54,246 nt of DNA from a virus (taxonomy: Duplodnaviria > Caudoviricetes), in the IMG/VR virus record IMGVR_UViG_3300024275_000003, positions 1 through 54,246 of that record; one strand, given 5' to 3'. This document shows positions 45,369 through 54,246 of the stretch, one piece after another. The notes under the pieces are model-generated. The model made no database searches. It was not told the DNA's origin and saw only the letters and a list, made by a program, of their open reading frames with translations. How positions within the stretch are numbered: position 1 is the first letter of the stretch; each line of letters starts with the position of its first letter. A program made the position numbers and the translations under genes.

Positions 45369-45683
45369 TTAGCCCTGACCTGAGGTAGAGAGAATATTAA
45401 TAACAACAGTACCAGTACCAGCAGTTACATTCAAGCGCATTGCTCGAATAGGGAATGCATAGTTACCATCTTGATTAGTGGTAGCAGCATTCACTGTAGA
45501 ATTATTAAACCACACCGGCGTAATGGCCGGATTATACACATCATCAAATGTGTGTTGAACCGAGTATGTCGCTGAACCCGTAACCTCACAACCGAAACCA
45601 ATATTGAAGTTTTGAGCACGGAAGTCCATAGGGACAATCGGAGAAGTACCAACACCGGTAACAGACAGTGTAACGGGACGCAT
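45369..45683 (-). CDS. Virion structural protein
   Basis: TYSVQHTFDD, PIRAMRLNVT; synteny after capsid. Confidence 0.65.
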   Translation of the reverse strand: MRPVTLSVTGVGTSPIVPMDFRAQNFNIGFGCEVTGSATYSVQHTFDDVYNPAITPVWFNNSTVNAATTNQDGNYAFPIRAMRLNVTAGTGTVVINILSTSGQG

Positions 45684-45702
45684 TGTTTATCCTAATAATG
45701 AA

Positions 45703-45724
45703 GACGCCGCCCGGAGGCGGCATC
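45703..45724 (-). terminator. Stem-loop after 45727-46170
   Basis: GATGCCGCC-tccg-GGCGGCGTC, weak U tract. Confidence 0.45.
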
Positions 45725-45726
45725 GA

Positions 45727-46170
45727 TTAACGCACGAAAGTCATCGTGAAGTAGAAAGGACCACCCGTCGTCGAGGCCGTACCCGTTTCTGCATACGTAG
45801 CCTTGATGAGGATATCACCAGAGGTTGTAGCAGCCGGAGCACGTTCCAGATTGAAGTAGTTAGCACCCTCCACGTTAGCTGAGTTCGTCGTACCCTTTAC
45901 ATCCACAGTACCCAACGTCACAGTCGTATTGGTTGCAAGGAAGGTAGCCGTCAACGTCACCGTTGCAGTCGTACCAGCATTACTCGCAGTCGTAGGATAG
46001 AAACGAATGCCGAGCATCGTCGAATCTGCCGAAAGCACACCAATCTTGGTAGCAGTCGTCATAGCCCGAGTAGCGGCCATACCGATAACAACCAAGTCCT
46101 TACGAACCATATTCAGGGCGTCTGGATAAGCGGGGTTATTGGGAAAGAGATCATCATTCTTAATACCCAT
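45727..46170 (-). CDS. Virion structural protein (possible capsid decoration)
   Basis: Thr-rich beta protein immediately after MCP. Confidence 0.6.
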   Translation of the reverse strand: MGIKNDDLFPNNPAYPDALNMVRKDLVVIGMAATRAMTTATKIGVLSADSTMLGIRFYPTTASNAGTTATVTLTATFLATNTTVTLGTVDVKGTTNSANVEGANYFNLERAPAATTSGDILIKATYAETGTASTTGGPFYFTMTFVR

Positions 46171-46180
46171 TTAAATCTCC

Positions 46181-46204
46181 AAAAGAGAAGGGCCGAAGCC
46201 CTCC
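46181..46204 (-). terminator. Intrinsic terminator after major capsid gene
   Basis: GGAGGGC-TTCG-GCCCTTC-TCTTTT (cUUCGg tetraloop). Confidence 0.8.
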
Positions 46205-46210
46205 GGGTGA

Positions 46211-47125
46211 TTAGACGCCTTGCGAACCGTACATAGCACGGGGATCGGTCCAGCCGAAGCTGTAACGCGACGTTGCCTTGAAGCGGGCGTTTTCCGTGTC
46301 GAAGTCATTGTCCATTTCGAACTCATCACCACGACGTTCAAACATCTTCATACCATTCTTCACGTCAGTGCGGATGAACCACGAAAGCGGCGACGTGAAA
46401 TAGTGGTTAAGGACGATGCCCTTCGGGAAACGACCCGTCTGACGGAGTGCGTTGATATCGTTGTTATCCGTACCAACCCGACGTTCCGTCTTCAGGATAC
46501 GCTCAGCTTCAAATTCCAGTTGGATCGGAAGAATGAGCGATTCAGGACGAACAGCAATACGCAGACCACGGTCGTTCGTGAAGTTAGCGATATCGATACA
46601 TGCCTGTTCCAGTGCAGCTTCCGACAAGTCGGCAGCCGTAGCCAGAATGTTCGAGAACGTGCCACCAGCAAAGTTCGGGTGAGCCGAGTTCAGGAGCGAG
46701 ACACCATCACCACCAACATACGATGAGTTGAATGCACGGTTGTACACGTTAGCACCAACAACTTCCTTCGTCTGGCGGACCGAGAACGCAAGACCTTGGG
46801 CCTTACGCTGACCAACCACATCATACTGGTCATCTTCCATGATTTCTCGGGTGATGATAAACCCAAGAGCATAGACGACGTGCGTATAACGCGTCGTGAA
46901 GGTTTGTTGTTCGCTATCGTATTGGATCGGCGAACCTTCAGGCTTGACGTTAGCCAGACCAAAGGACGAGATACCAACATCTTCTTCATACTGCTTACGC
47001 GACGTGAACTTTTCGAACAGTTTATCCCATTCTACCGGATACTCGTCATAAGCCTTACCGTACCATGCATTTACACCGGGCCAAAGAGCCTTTGCAAACG
47101 ATGCACTATTAATAATACCAGCCAT
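46211..47125 (-). CDS. Major capsid protein
   Basis: 304 aa after scaffold, KALWPGVNAWYG, YALGFIITRE, DGVSL..AHP, RYSFGWTDPR; terminator follows. Confidence 0.88.
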   Translation of the reverse strand: MAGIINSASFAKALWPGVNAWYGKAYDEYPVEWDKLFEKFTSRKQYEEDVGISSFGLANVKPEGSPIQYDSEQQTFTTRYTHVVYALGFIITREIMEDDQYDVVGQRKAQGLAFSVRQTKEVVGANVYNRAFNSSYVGGDGVSLLNSAHPNFAGGTFSNILATAADLSEAALEQACIDIANFTNDRGLRIAVRPESLILPIQLEFEAERILKTERRVGTDNNDINALRQTGRFPKGIVLNHYFTSPLSWFIRTDVKNGMKMFERRGDEFEMDNDFDTENARFKATSRYSFGWTDPRAMYGSQGV

Positions 47126-47143
47126 TTTCTATTCTCCTTAGAA

Positions 47144-47794
47144 TTAGACGCCAGCAGTGCCAGTGCCACCGCTATACTGATGATTGTTGATCGTCACGAG
47201 GATCTTATAGTTAGCCGACGTGATATCATTATCAATCTTCTGCGATGCGCCCATAACCTTAAGGATCGTGGTGGCAGTGTTATTGTACGCACCGACCGCC
47301 ATACCCGACTGACCCGTTACCAACGACAGAGCCGTCGGAGTCGAAGCACCAGCCGTAACGTTCGTGTCCGTTACCGTTGCATTACCGTTAAGATCCGTAG
47401 GCGTAGGTGCAACGCCCGACTGAACTTCATACACCGTATCCGGAGCATCCGATACCAGAATATACTGGGCAACAGATGCAGAACGGAACTGCGGCGAGTT
47501 CAGGTTCAAAGGATTAATAGAAAACCCACATGCCACACCAACTGCTACGGTATCCGCCGAGCCACCATTAGCGATGAACTTGCGGGCACCTTGAGTACCA
47601 CCAATCGAAGGAACACCAGAAATAACCGTTTGACCTTGGGTGTCCGTAGTAGCTGCCAGAGTAACCAAGTCGCCTTGGAAAATCGGGAAAGTATCAGAGG
47701 CTGCCACAAAGTAACGATTGAGTTGGCCATTCCACGGCGAACCGTCAACATGCTTGACAGGACGGAGGCCGTTAACACGACTTACGTTAGCCAT
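47144..47794 (-). CDS. Capsid-associated (cement/decoration) protein
   Basis: MANVSRVNGLRPV, IFQGDLV, VTINNHQY; just upstream of MCP. Confidence 0.7.
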   Translation of the reverse strand: MANVSRVNGLRPVKHVDGSPWNGQLNRYFVAASDTFPIFQGDLVTLAATTDTQGQTVISGVPSIGGTQGARKFIANGGSADTVAVGVACGFSINPLNLNSPQFRSASVAQYILVSDAPDTVYEVQSGVAPTPTDLNGNATVTDTNVTAGASTPTALSLVTGQSGMAVGAYNNTATTILKVMGASQKIDNDITSANYKILVTINNHQYSGGTGTAGV

Positions 47795-47839
47795 TTATTT
47801 TTCTCCAAAAAGGATTAACAATAGATGGCTAGTAAGGTT

Positions 47840-48277
47840 TTACTTTCGACCAGAGCGGTCGATAACAAGTTTCCCATATTCGCCATCGTTATAATTAGGC
47901 AGAAGGGTTTCTTCTTGAGCACGAGTTTCAGCTTCCTGTGCTTTCTGATCTTCGTCGAACCACTCACGCTTGATCTTCATCACATAAGCCTTCAAACCCG
48001 TACCACTATCGACGACTTGACATGCAAGGCTACCTTCTCCGCTCGATTCCTCGGCACGGAAGTTACCTACATCCACTTCGGCATTAGTACAAAGTTCCCA
48101 ACCACCACGTTCAAAGTCTTTAATACGACCGGGGACATCATTCACGTAACGATAAACATAGTTCGGATTTTTGCCTACCACGGCCAGTTTAGGACGCTGC
48201 CCTACCGGGACGCGTTGCGGGCGTACACTCGTCGCCTCTTGATTCTTGTCTTCGATGTTTGCGTTTCTGCGGTTCAT
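47840..48277 (-). CDS. Conserved head-module protein
   Basis: YVYRYVND..GRI....GWE, AYVMKIKREWFDEDQ. Confidence 0.7.
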   Translation of the reverse strand: MNRRNANIEDKNQEATSVRPQRVPVGQRPKLAVVGKNPNYVYRYVNDVPGRIKDFERGGWELCTNAEVDVGNFRAEESSGEGSLACQVVDSGTGLKAYVMKIKREWFDEDQKAQEAETRAQEETLLPNYNDGEYGKLVIDRSGRK

Positions 48278-48303
48278 TTGTTATCGCCCTCTTGGGTTAG
48301 GTA

Positions 48304-49086
48304 TTACTTGGACTTTACAGCTTTCAGCTGCTTGAGATACTCATCTTTGGTGATGTGACCACCATCAACGAGGGTCTTCATGATTGTCTTCTCGACATCC
48401 GACAACTCCAGATCAGCTTCAGCGGACTTGCCTTGACGGTTAACAGCACCTTCAACAGCACCCGGCTTATCACGATTGGGGTTGCGGAACTTGTCCTTAA
48501 ATCGGCTCTTTACTTCCTTTTCAACTTCTTTGAGTACATCAGTAGGAGACATATCTCCTGCAAGGGCAAGACCCATACGGTCAGCGAACTTCCGCATCTC
48601 CGGATTAGTTTCGTACCACGGGTTCTTTGCAATCCAGCCAGCTAGTTCCGGATGGACTTCAGGAGTCTGTTGTTGCGCTTCCTGATGGAGTTGATTCTGA
48701 AGTTGTTTTTGTTGGTCTTTTACGAGATCGATCTTATCATCGATATCTACAACACGATCTGCATCGCCTTCGGAAAGAGCTTCTTTCTTCTGGGCTTTCA
48801 AGCCTTCAAGGGCTCGATTATATTCAACTTCACGAATCTTGGAGTTGTGCTTTGCCAACTCACTGAGGGCCTTCTTTACATCCTTCAATTCCTTCGATTG
48901 GGATTCAATCTTACGGAACAGTTCACCACGTCGAACAAATTCACCAGCGTCTACCCAACGTTCCGGATCACCGTCGAACTCTTCCTTCGGGACCCAACCT
49001 TGTTGGAGTGCTTCCTGTTGAACAGGGGTTAGTTCTCCGGGTACCTGAGTACCTTCATTCGGTGTGTTTTGGATATCTTCAGCCAT
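48304..49086 (-). CDS. Capsid scaffolding protein
   Basis: QGWVPKEEFDGDPERWVDA, coiled-coil, NPWY, position between portal and MCP. Confidence 0.75.
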   Translation of the reverse strand: MAEDIQNTPNEGTQVPGELTPVQQEALQQGWVPKEEFDGDPERWVDAGEFVRRGELFRKIESQSKELKDVKKALSELAKHNSKIREVEYNRALEGLKAQKKEALSEGDADRVVDIDDKIDLVKDQQKQLQNQLHQEAQQQTPEVHPELAGWIAKNPWYETNPEMRKFADRMGLALAGDMSPTDVLKEVEKEVKSRFKDKFRNPNRDKPGAVEGAVNRQGKSAEADLELSDVEKTIMKTLVDGGHITKDEYLKQLKAVKSK

Positions 49087-49091
49087 CTATC

Positions 49092-49433
49092 TTACTCCTC
49101 TGAGGGTGTGTGATACGCTAGAATGTCATCGTCGTTCAACAGAACAACCTCAACATCGCCATCTTTGATATGTTTACCACTGTGTCGTGCATACGTTACC
49201 AGCATACCGACCTTGACGGGAACAGCCAGATCATGTTTCTTTACATAATCAAGGAAAGCTGTAGGACCCACATCAACTACCGTACCTTGGTCAATCTGTG
49301 ACTTGTGGTACTTGGTTTCTTCGGTAATACCCTTGATAAACCCAAGCTCTGCGAGCTTTGCATCGACTTCATCATACTCAACCAGTTCAACTGGCTTTAC
49401 AATCACTCTGTGTAGAACAGCTTTAACTGTCAT
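49092..49433 (-). CDS. GroES-like co-chaperonin
   Basis: HRVIVKP, GTVVDVGP, VKVG..V.YARHSG, LLNDDDILA. Confidence 0.85.
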   Translation of the reverse strand: MTVKAVLHRVIVKPVELVEYDEVDAKLAELGFIKGITEETKYHKSQIDQGTVVDVGPTAFLDYVKKHDLAVPVKVGMLVTYARHSGKHIKDGDVEVVLLNDDDILAYHTPSEE

Positions 49434-49767
49434 CTGAAATCTCCTCTTGAAGGTCGTCTACATTATGCTCACGCAGATAACTAATCAATTGTAAAAGAAG
49501 TTCTTCCGATTCATTTACGCAACCCAGAGCCACATTACAATGGTGGCAAAGAAGTTTTCTAACTTCTCCTGTGTTATGATTATGATCTACGCACAACGGT
49601 TTGGAACCTCTGGGTGGTCTCTGACAAATATAACAAAGACCTTTTTGCTCTTCGTACATTGCCTGATATTGACCCGGATACATCCCATACTTACGTTGTC
49701 TGTGCCAATCCGCATAATACTCTGGACGGGCTTGCCGATACTTAGTCTGCGCTTTCGTCGATGCCAT
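49423..49767 (-). CDS. Endonuclease VII-family (His-Me) endonuclease
   Basis: RKYGM, QKGLCYICQ, CVDHNHNTGEVRKLLCHHCNVALG. Confidence 0.88.
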   Translation of the reverse strand: MASTKAQTKYRQARPEYYADWHRQRKYGMYPGQYQAMYEEQKGLCYICQRPPRGSKPLCVDHNHNTGEVRKLLCHHCNVALGCVNESEELLLQLISYLREHNVDDLQEEISDDS

Positions 49768-49966
49768 CGAGATCCTCGACGTGAACGTTGATTACTGCAT
49801 TCAAACCGGCAATGAAGCCTACGTGGTATCGATCTTCCGTGGGATCTTTCCCGGCATTGAACTCTAGATACTCAAGACTTACACTTTTCAGATGCTTGAG
49901 TGTTGACAGAATAGCGACAGTTATTTCCTGCTTTTTCCAGTCGCTGAGGGCTTGTTGTGCGCTGAT
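49742..49966 (-). CDS. Small post-portal protein, apparently with ATC start
   Basis: Open frame ISAQQALSDWKKQEITVAILSTLKHLK...GFIAGLNAVINV fills the gap; TAAGGAG 8 nt upstream of ATC; in-frame stop directly upstream. Confidence 0.55.
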   Translation of the reverse strand: MSAQQALSDWKKQEITVAILSTLKHLKSVSLEYLEFNAGKDPTEDRYHVGFIAGLNAVINVHVEDLDGIDESAD

Positions 49967-52218
49967 TTGGCCATCTCCTTAGTCTGCTGAACCTTTGCCT
50001 TATGGGCCTCTTGACCCTGTTTCAGAGACTGCTGGTGGTCCTGCTCTGTATGCTGGACCTGTTGTTGATGCACTTGGCTAGCTGCCTTCTGCTTCATCAG
50101 TTCACCCTGTACTTGGGCTTGCGTCTGATGCAACTGCGTTGCTGCCTTCATCTGAGCTTCCTGTGCTGCCATCTGCATCTTTTGTTGATGCTCTTGTGCA
50201 GCCATTGCCATTTGTTGCTGTTTATCCCGAGCATTCAGTTCCATCTCTTGTTGTTGAGATGCTGCCTTAAGCTGAACTTCCTGCTGTTGGGCTTGAGCCT
50301 TCATCTGAAGCTCTTGTGCCTTTGGATCAGGCGGAGGCGGAGGCATCTGGCCCGTTTGCTGAACGGCTTGATTGAGTAGCTGTTCATAATTAGGCTGTTC
50401 CTGCGCTTGAAGGACTCGTACAATAACTTGAACGGGGTCAAGTACACCGATGGGGAGTAGTTCGAGCAGACCCTGCGCCTTCTGGAGCTTCTCCTGTGCA
50501 GATACTGCATTCGGATCGGCTGCCGGAATAACCCGGTAAGTTGTCTCGTCGAAGTCGTCCGGACCAATTGGTTCATTGATAACCGATGCGTACGTTTGCG
50601 GATCGAGGTACGTCGCGTTAAGCTTAAAAAGCTTACAGAATTCCTCATTTAGTGCCCGATAGATACGCTTGTAGATTGCTGTAAATACCTTCATACCTTG
50701 CTCAACCGTAGCCATCGTAGTCGTAGCCGGAGTGTTTTGACCCGGCATCTTACCAGTGAAAATTTCAGCTACTGAGGCCAGTTCTTTACCAGAAGTGATG
50801 AGGGTACCCATCAACTGGAACAGAACAGGACTTGGCTCCTTTGTGGGGAGCGGGAAGATCTGTTTTTTCAGATCATCACCAACAGCATTTACAGCTTTCC
50901 ACTCACCGGGCATGAAGCGATGATCGCCCATACGAAGCCGCAGACCTTTACCAATAAAACCAGACTGAAGGTTATTAAGTGTACCAGCGTCCACAAGCTG
51001 GTTAATAAGAGTATTAACGGACTCATTAAGAGGCCCAAGCAGCATACCAAACCCAATGTCGTAAAAACCACCATCAGGGTTAGGGATGAAACCAAACTTG
51101 GTGTAATACTCGATAGGATCGATGCAAGCCAGCGTACCGTCATCATTAAAGTGGATGGTCTTTTCATCATAGCGGGCTGCAATACGAAGGATCTTACGGG
51201 ACTGCCTGTGGAACGTAACTACATAAGGTTCACTGTAACCATCATCATCAAGATCGTAGTAGCAGTGTTGTTCGATGATCTCATACGGAGTTGTGTCGTC
51301 GTTAGCCGGAGCCCATACTGCTTGACGCGGATTGGAGTCGAACGGAACTGACGGAGGAGCACCAAGATCCACATCAAGGAACATCTTCTGCATCTGGCGG
51401 GCCTTAACCTGCCGTTTAGTCATCGGGATAATCTCACTGATACGCTCAGCGTGACAGATGTTTGTTGCCCAGTAATTGACCACAACATGTTTCGGCAGAA
51501 GGACGTGAGAGCAATTCTTCTTCTTTACACTGTCCCAGTACGTCTTCTTGAACATCGTACCAACGATTGGGAGCATGATGAGCATCTTGTCCATGCTCTC
51601 TTCCCAACCTTCCATCTGATGCATAATGTCATAAGACATATAGGTTGCAATACGCTCTGCCTGATCCTGCTTGGAATCGTCCGGATCTTTGCCTATAACC
51701 TGTCCTTGAACCACATGACCATCGCTAGGAACCAGTGTTGGATAAGCACGTGCAGCAAACTGCATAGCAGCAGTAGATAGAAGAGGATACTTGATATTTG
51801 AGGCTTTAGGCCAAGGATAAGCTTTTTGATCCTGGATCTGTTGAGCAAGTTTCGTATAAGCATCGATCATCTTCTCCCATTCTTTCCGGGATTGGAGATC
51901 AATCTCAAAACCTTCACAGCAGTCAAAAGCGATCTTGCGCAAGCGCTCTTCATCAAGTTCTTCTGCAATATTGACCGATTCAATATACTTACGGAGGCGC
52001 TGACCGGGACCCGGAGTAGAATCAGGATGGGGGATATCCGGTTGCGGAGGCATCTGAGGCTGCTGTTGCTGTTGACCACCTTGTTGCTGAGCGATACTGG
52101 CCAGATCATAAGGATCGCGATTGGGGTCCATTGCCCCACCGCTACCAACGTCTCCGCCGCCTTGCGCGCCTGATTGCATTGCCTGCAAAGCCCCGCCGGG
52201 TGTTCCATTAATTGCCAT
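49921..52218 (-). CDS. Portal protein
   Basis: 765 aa after TerL; YPWPKASNIKYPLL..AAMQFAARAYP, INQLVDAGTLNN, Gln-rich barrel tail. Confidence 0.88.
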   Translation of the reverse strand: MAINGTPGGALQAMQSGAQGGGDVGSGGAMDPNRDPYDLASIAQQQGGQQQQQPQMPPQPDIPHPDSTPGPGQRLRKYIESVNIAEELDEERLRKIAFDCCEGFEIDLQSRKEWEKMIDAYTKLAQQIQDQKAYPWPKASNIKYPLLSTAAMQFAARAYPTLVPSDGHVVQGQVIGKDPDDSKQDQAERIATYMSYDIMHQMEGWEESMDKMLIMLPIVGTMFKKTYWDSVKKKNCSHVLLPKHVVVNYWATNICHAERISEIIPMTKRQVKARQMQKMFLDVDLGAPPSVPFDSNPRQAVWAPANDDTTPYEIIEQHCYYDLDDDGYSEPYVVTFHRQSRKILRIAARYDEKTIHFNDDGTLACIDPIEYYTKFGFIPNPDGGFYDIGFGMLLGPLNESVNTLINQLVDAGTLNNLQSGFIGKGLRLRMGDHRFMPGEWKAVNAVGDDLKKQIFPLPTKEPSPVLFQLMGTLITSGKELASVAEIFTGKMPGQNTPATTTMATVEQGMKVFTAIYKRIYRALNEEFCKLFKLNATYLDPQTYASVINEPIGPDDFDETTYRVIPAADPNAVSAQEKLQKAQGLLELLPIGVLDPVQVIVRVLQAQEQPNYEQLLNQAVQQTGQMPPPPPDPKAQELQMKAQAQQQEVQLKAASQQQEMELNARDKQQQMAMAAQEHQQKMQMAAQEAQMKAATQLHQTQAQVQGELMKQKAASQVHQQQVQHTEQDHQQSLKQGQEAHKAKVQQTKEMAKSAHNKPSATGKSRK

Positions 52219-52220
52219 AT

Positions 52221-53738
52221 CTAGTATCCTGTAGTCTCGGAGCGACCTTCATCGCCGAGGCCGGAGTCCATATATTCTTCCTGATAAGCATCTTCTTCCA
52301 GTTCTTCTTTGGTAGGAGCTTCGATAATCTTGTCAAGCATAAGGCCAAGGTAACTAAATGCATCCACCTGATCGTCATGCTTGTCCCGAGGGAACCGCAT
52401 CAGTTCATCTTCGAAGGTCTGGTACCAATCACCCTGTTTATCGAACTTACAACCTTGTGCTCGCATACGGGCTTGGATGGAACGTGCTCGTGTGATCTTG
52501 TCCTTGCCACCATGCTTCAAAGGATACAACGTAATATAGTTGTTGTTTTTGATCATCTCTTCCCGGAGGAAAGGTCCAATCGCCTTTGAAACCTGCATCT
52601 CTTCAATGCCTATTGCTTCCGGTTCGTAGAGTTTCTGTAGTGCAAGAATGCAGTCCACAATTTCTCGTCCGTCCATTCGTTCGCGAATAACATTGCGAAT
52701 CTGGATTCGTTTATCCTCATCCACTGCCCCAACAACGAAGACGCTATAGTCAGCCGTTTCCTTATCGCTGATGGCGAGGTCAGCCGTGATGTAATACCTA
52801 ACTGGCCTCGAAGTATCGGCATCTCGCAGAGGTAGGAAATCTGCTCGCTTGAAGTAAGTACTGGACTCATCAATTGGGATATTGAGATATTCTTGCGAGT
52901 AGCCATCTGGATTCCCTATTCGAACAGCTTCTGAGCGAAGCATCTTGAATTCTTCCGGAGACTTCTTTTGAGGCCAGAGAAGCTGGCTAAAATCGTCTGT
53001 GTGGGCCCGGTACTTGACTGACTTCCACATGGTACGCTTGGTGCTGTACCAGCGCAGGGGCTCTTCTACAGTAGCCTTGTCATACCGTTTAGGCATCAGA
53101 TTCTCCAGCATGGAGTCCATGTGAAGGATCGTACCAACCAACCGGATAATACCCTTATCAGAACGGCAAGGAAGCAGGGCGTTGGTAAACCATTTACGGA
53201 ACTTGTCACGACGTTCCTTGTTCATTACCAATTCATCATTCTCCATGTCATCCCCGATGATGATATCGGGACGGCTGTTATTCCACAGCAAACCGCGGAG
53301 TTTCTGTTCAGCACCTTTAGCGATAATTCGGAATCTGTGTCCGTCGTTGAACTCTACAACGATATCGGTTTCGCTATCTTTTACAAACTGAACTAATCCC
53401 TGACTATTCTTCTTCAGACCGAATAACTCAATCAGTTGCTCGTTGTTCTGGAGTGTGTTCTTGATATTGCCTAGGAAAAGAGACGCCTGAGCTTCCGTAT
53501 CCGAGACGAGTAGCATGAATTTGCGTTCCCGGAACAGTAGCGTAGCCAGACCATACCCAAGGGTCACCGCTGTACTTTTGGCATGGCCACGAGGAGCAGC
53601 AATAGCAACAAACCGATTCTCGCTGCAGCATAGATCCCAAACCTCTTGGTGAAATGAAGGAGAAGCGCAACTATCCTCAAACGTTGGGGCCAGAATGGAG
53701 CCAACAAAACCGGCAACCACATCCCGTGTCACCCTCAT
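52221..53738 (-). CDS. terL: Terminase large subunit
   Basis: Walker A APRGHAKST, Walker B IIIGDDME, GTILH, nuclease ADLAIS...ADYS, HDDQVDA. Confidence 0.95.
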   Translation of the reverse strand: MRVTRDVVAGFVGSILAPTFEDSCASPSFHQEVWDLCCSENRFVAIAAPRGHAKSTAVTLGYGLATLLFRERKFMLLVSDTEAQASLFLGNIKNTLQNNEQLIELFGLKKNSQGLVQFVKDSETDIVVEFNDGHRFRIIAKGAEQKLRGLLWNNSRPDIIIGDDMENDELVMNKERRDKFRKWFTNALLPCRSDKGIIRLVGTILHMDSMLENLMPKRYDKATVEEPLRWYSTKRTMWKSVKYRAHTDDFSQLLWPQKKSPEEFKMLRSEAVRIGNPDGYSQEYLNIPIDESSTYFKRADFLPLRDADTSRPVRYYITADLAISDKETADYSVFVVGAVDEDKRIQIRNVIRERMDGREIVDCILALQKLYEPEAIGIEEMQVSKAIGPFLREEMIKNNNYITLYPLKHGGKDKITRARSIQARMRAQGCKFDKQGDWYQTFEDELMRFPRDKHDDQVDAFSYLGLMLDKIIEAPTKEELEEDAYQEEYMDSGLGDEGRSETTGY

Positions 53739-53989
53739 TTACGATTCCCTTTGGATCGATTTGCATGAGCAGAGATAGCCTGTAGGTTTGATCGACTATT
53801 ACTTCCGCCTTTAGAGAGGGGTTTAACGTGGTCCACATCTTTACCATCTCCCTTAGAGACGACACCAGCTTTTGTGAGTTCTCGTCGTGCTGTGACGCGT
53901 TCACTTCGATTGTGACGCTGCTGTTTGGACGATTCGTACTTGGTATCGTAGCTGTAGTCTCGCGATCCATCAGGATTCTTTCTTGGCAT
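53735..53989 (-). CDS. Small HNH endonuclease between terS and terL
   Basis: KGDGKDVDHVKPLSKGGSNSRSNL...ANRS. Confidence 0.85.
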   Translation of the reverse strand: MPRKNPDGSRDYSYDTKYESSKQQRHNRSERVTARRELTKAGVVSKGDGKDVDHVKPLSKGGSNSRSNLQAISAHANRSKGNRK

Positions 53990-54246
53990 CGGTGTTTTCC
54001 TCCGTCTCTCGACCAAAAATCACTTCCGTGATCTCCATGCTTGGCTTTGCTGTGACCTGACTGGCGATTTTAGCGAATTGCTCGGCCAGATTAGCCAAAG
54101 TCTTCTCGATTTTGTCTTCTGTTACTGATTGACCCTCAAAATGACGGTCTATGAGGTGCTCACGGCTCTGGACGAGATCAAGTGCTACCTTATGTGCATC
54201 CCGCATGGCGACCGGTCTACGGCGCATTTCACCCGTTTTCTGGTCA
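53970..54246 (-). CDS. terS: Terminase small subunit, 3' part
   Basis: In-frame continuation of 447..1 across the circular junction. Confidence 0.75.
   Translation of the reverse strand, partial: DQKTGEMRRRPVAMRDAHKVALDLVQSREHLIDRHFEGQSVTEDKIEKTLANLAEQFAKIASQVTAKPSMEITEVIFGRETEENTDAKKES

Noticed and set aside
54120-54246. 127-bp terminal repeat as a biological direct terminal repeat
   Set aside because: It interrupts terS and its length equals a standard assembler k-mer; it shows circular completeness only.
1-54246. Temperate lifestyle or phage-encoded RNA polymerase
   Set aside because: No integrase, CI-like repressor, partition genes or T7/N4-type RNA polymerase motifs recognised; promoters look host sigma70-type.

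Overview
The window is an apparently complete, circularly permuted ~54.1 kb genome of a lytic podovirus-type dsDNA phage. Bases 1-127 equal 54120-54246, most likely a k=127 assembly overlap. Two arms diverge from a non-coding control region at ~450-1350 and converge at ~28.5 kb. The + arm carries small early genes, a phiEco32/LUZ24-type amide-ligase cluster (class I GATase, COOH-NH2 ligase type 2, amidoligase, class II GATase, ATP-grasp), primase, DnaB helicase, a split family A DNA polymerase, SSB, exonuclease, endonuclease I, nucleotide enzymes and a class II ribonucleotide reductase. The - arm carries TerS (spanning the contig junction), HNH, TerL, portal, GroES-like, scaffold, capsid, fibres/spikes, holin, P22-like tail proteins, ejection proteins and a GH108 endolysin. 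I saw no RNA polymerase, integrase, tRNA or CRISPR array. The most striking unexplained signals are: (1) a glycine-cleavage-H-like carrier-fold protein whose lipoyl-lysine position is Asp, coupled to the amide-ligase operon, suggesting a carrier-protein-based phage biosynthetic or modification system; (2) about 13 copies of an 18-bp dyad (consensus AGTACTAACGTTAGTACT) spread through the first 15 kb, inside and between genes; (3) an exact 13-nt copy of the 16S rRNA 3' end in a structured leader before TerS; (4) two HNH genes inactivated by internal deletion. All functional calls come from motif recognition by eye, not from database searches.
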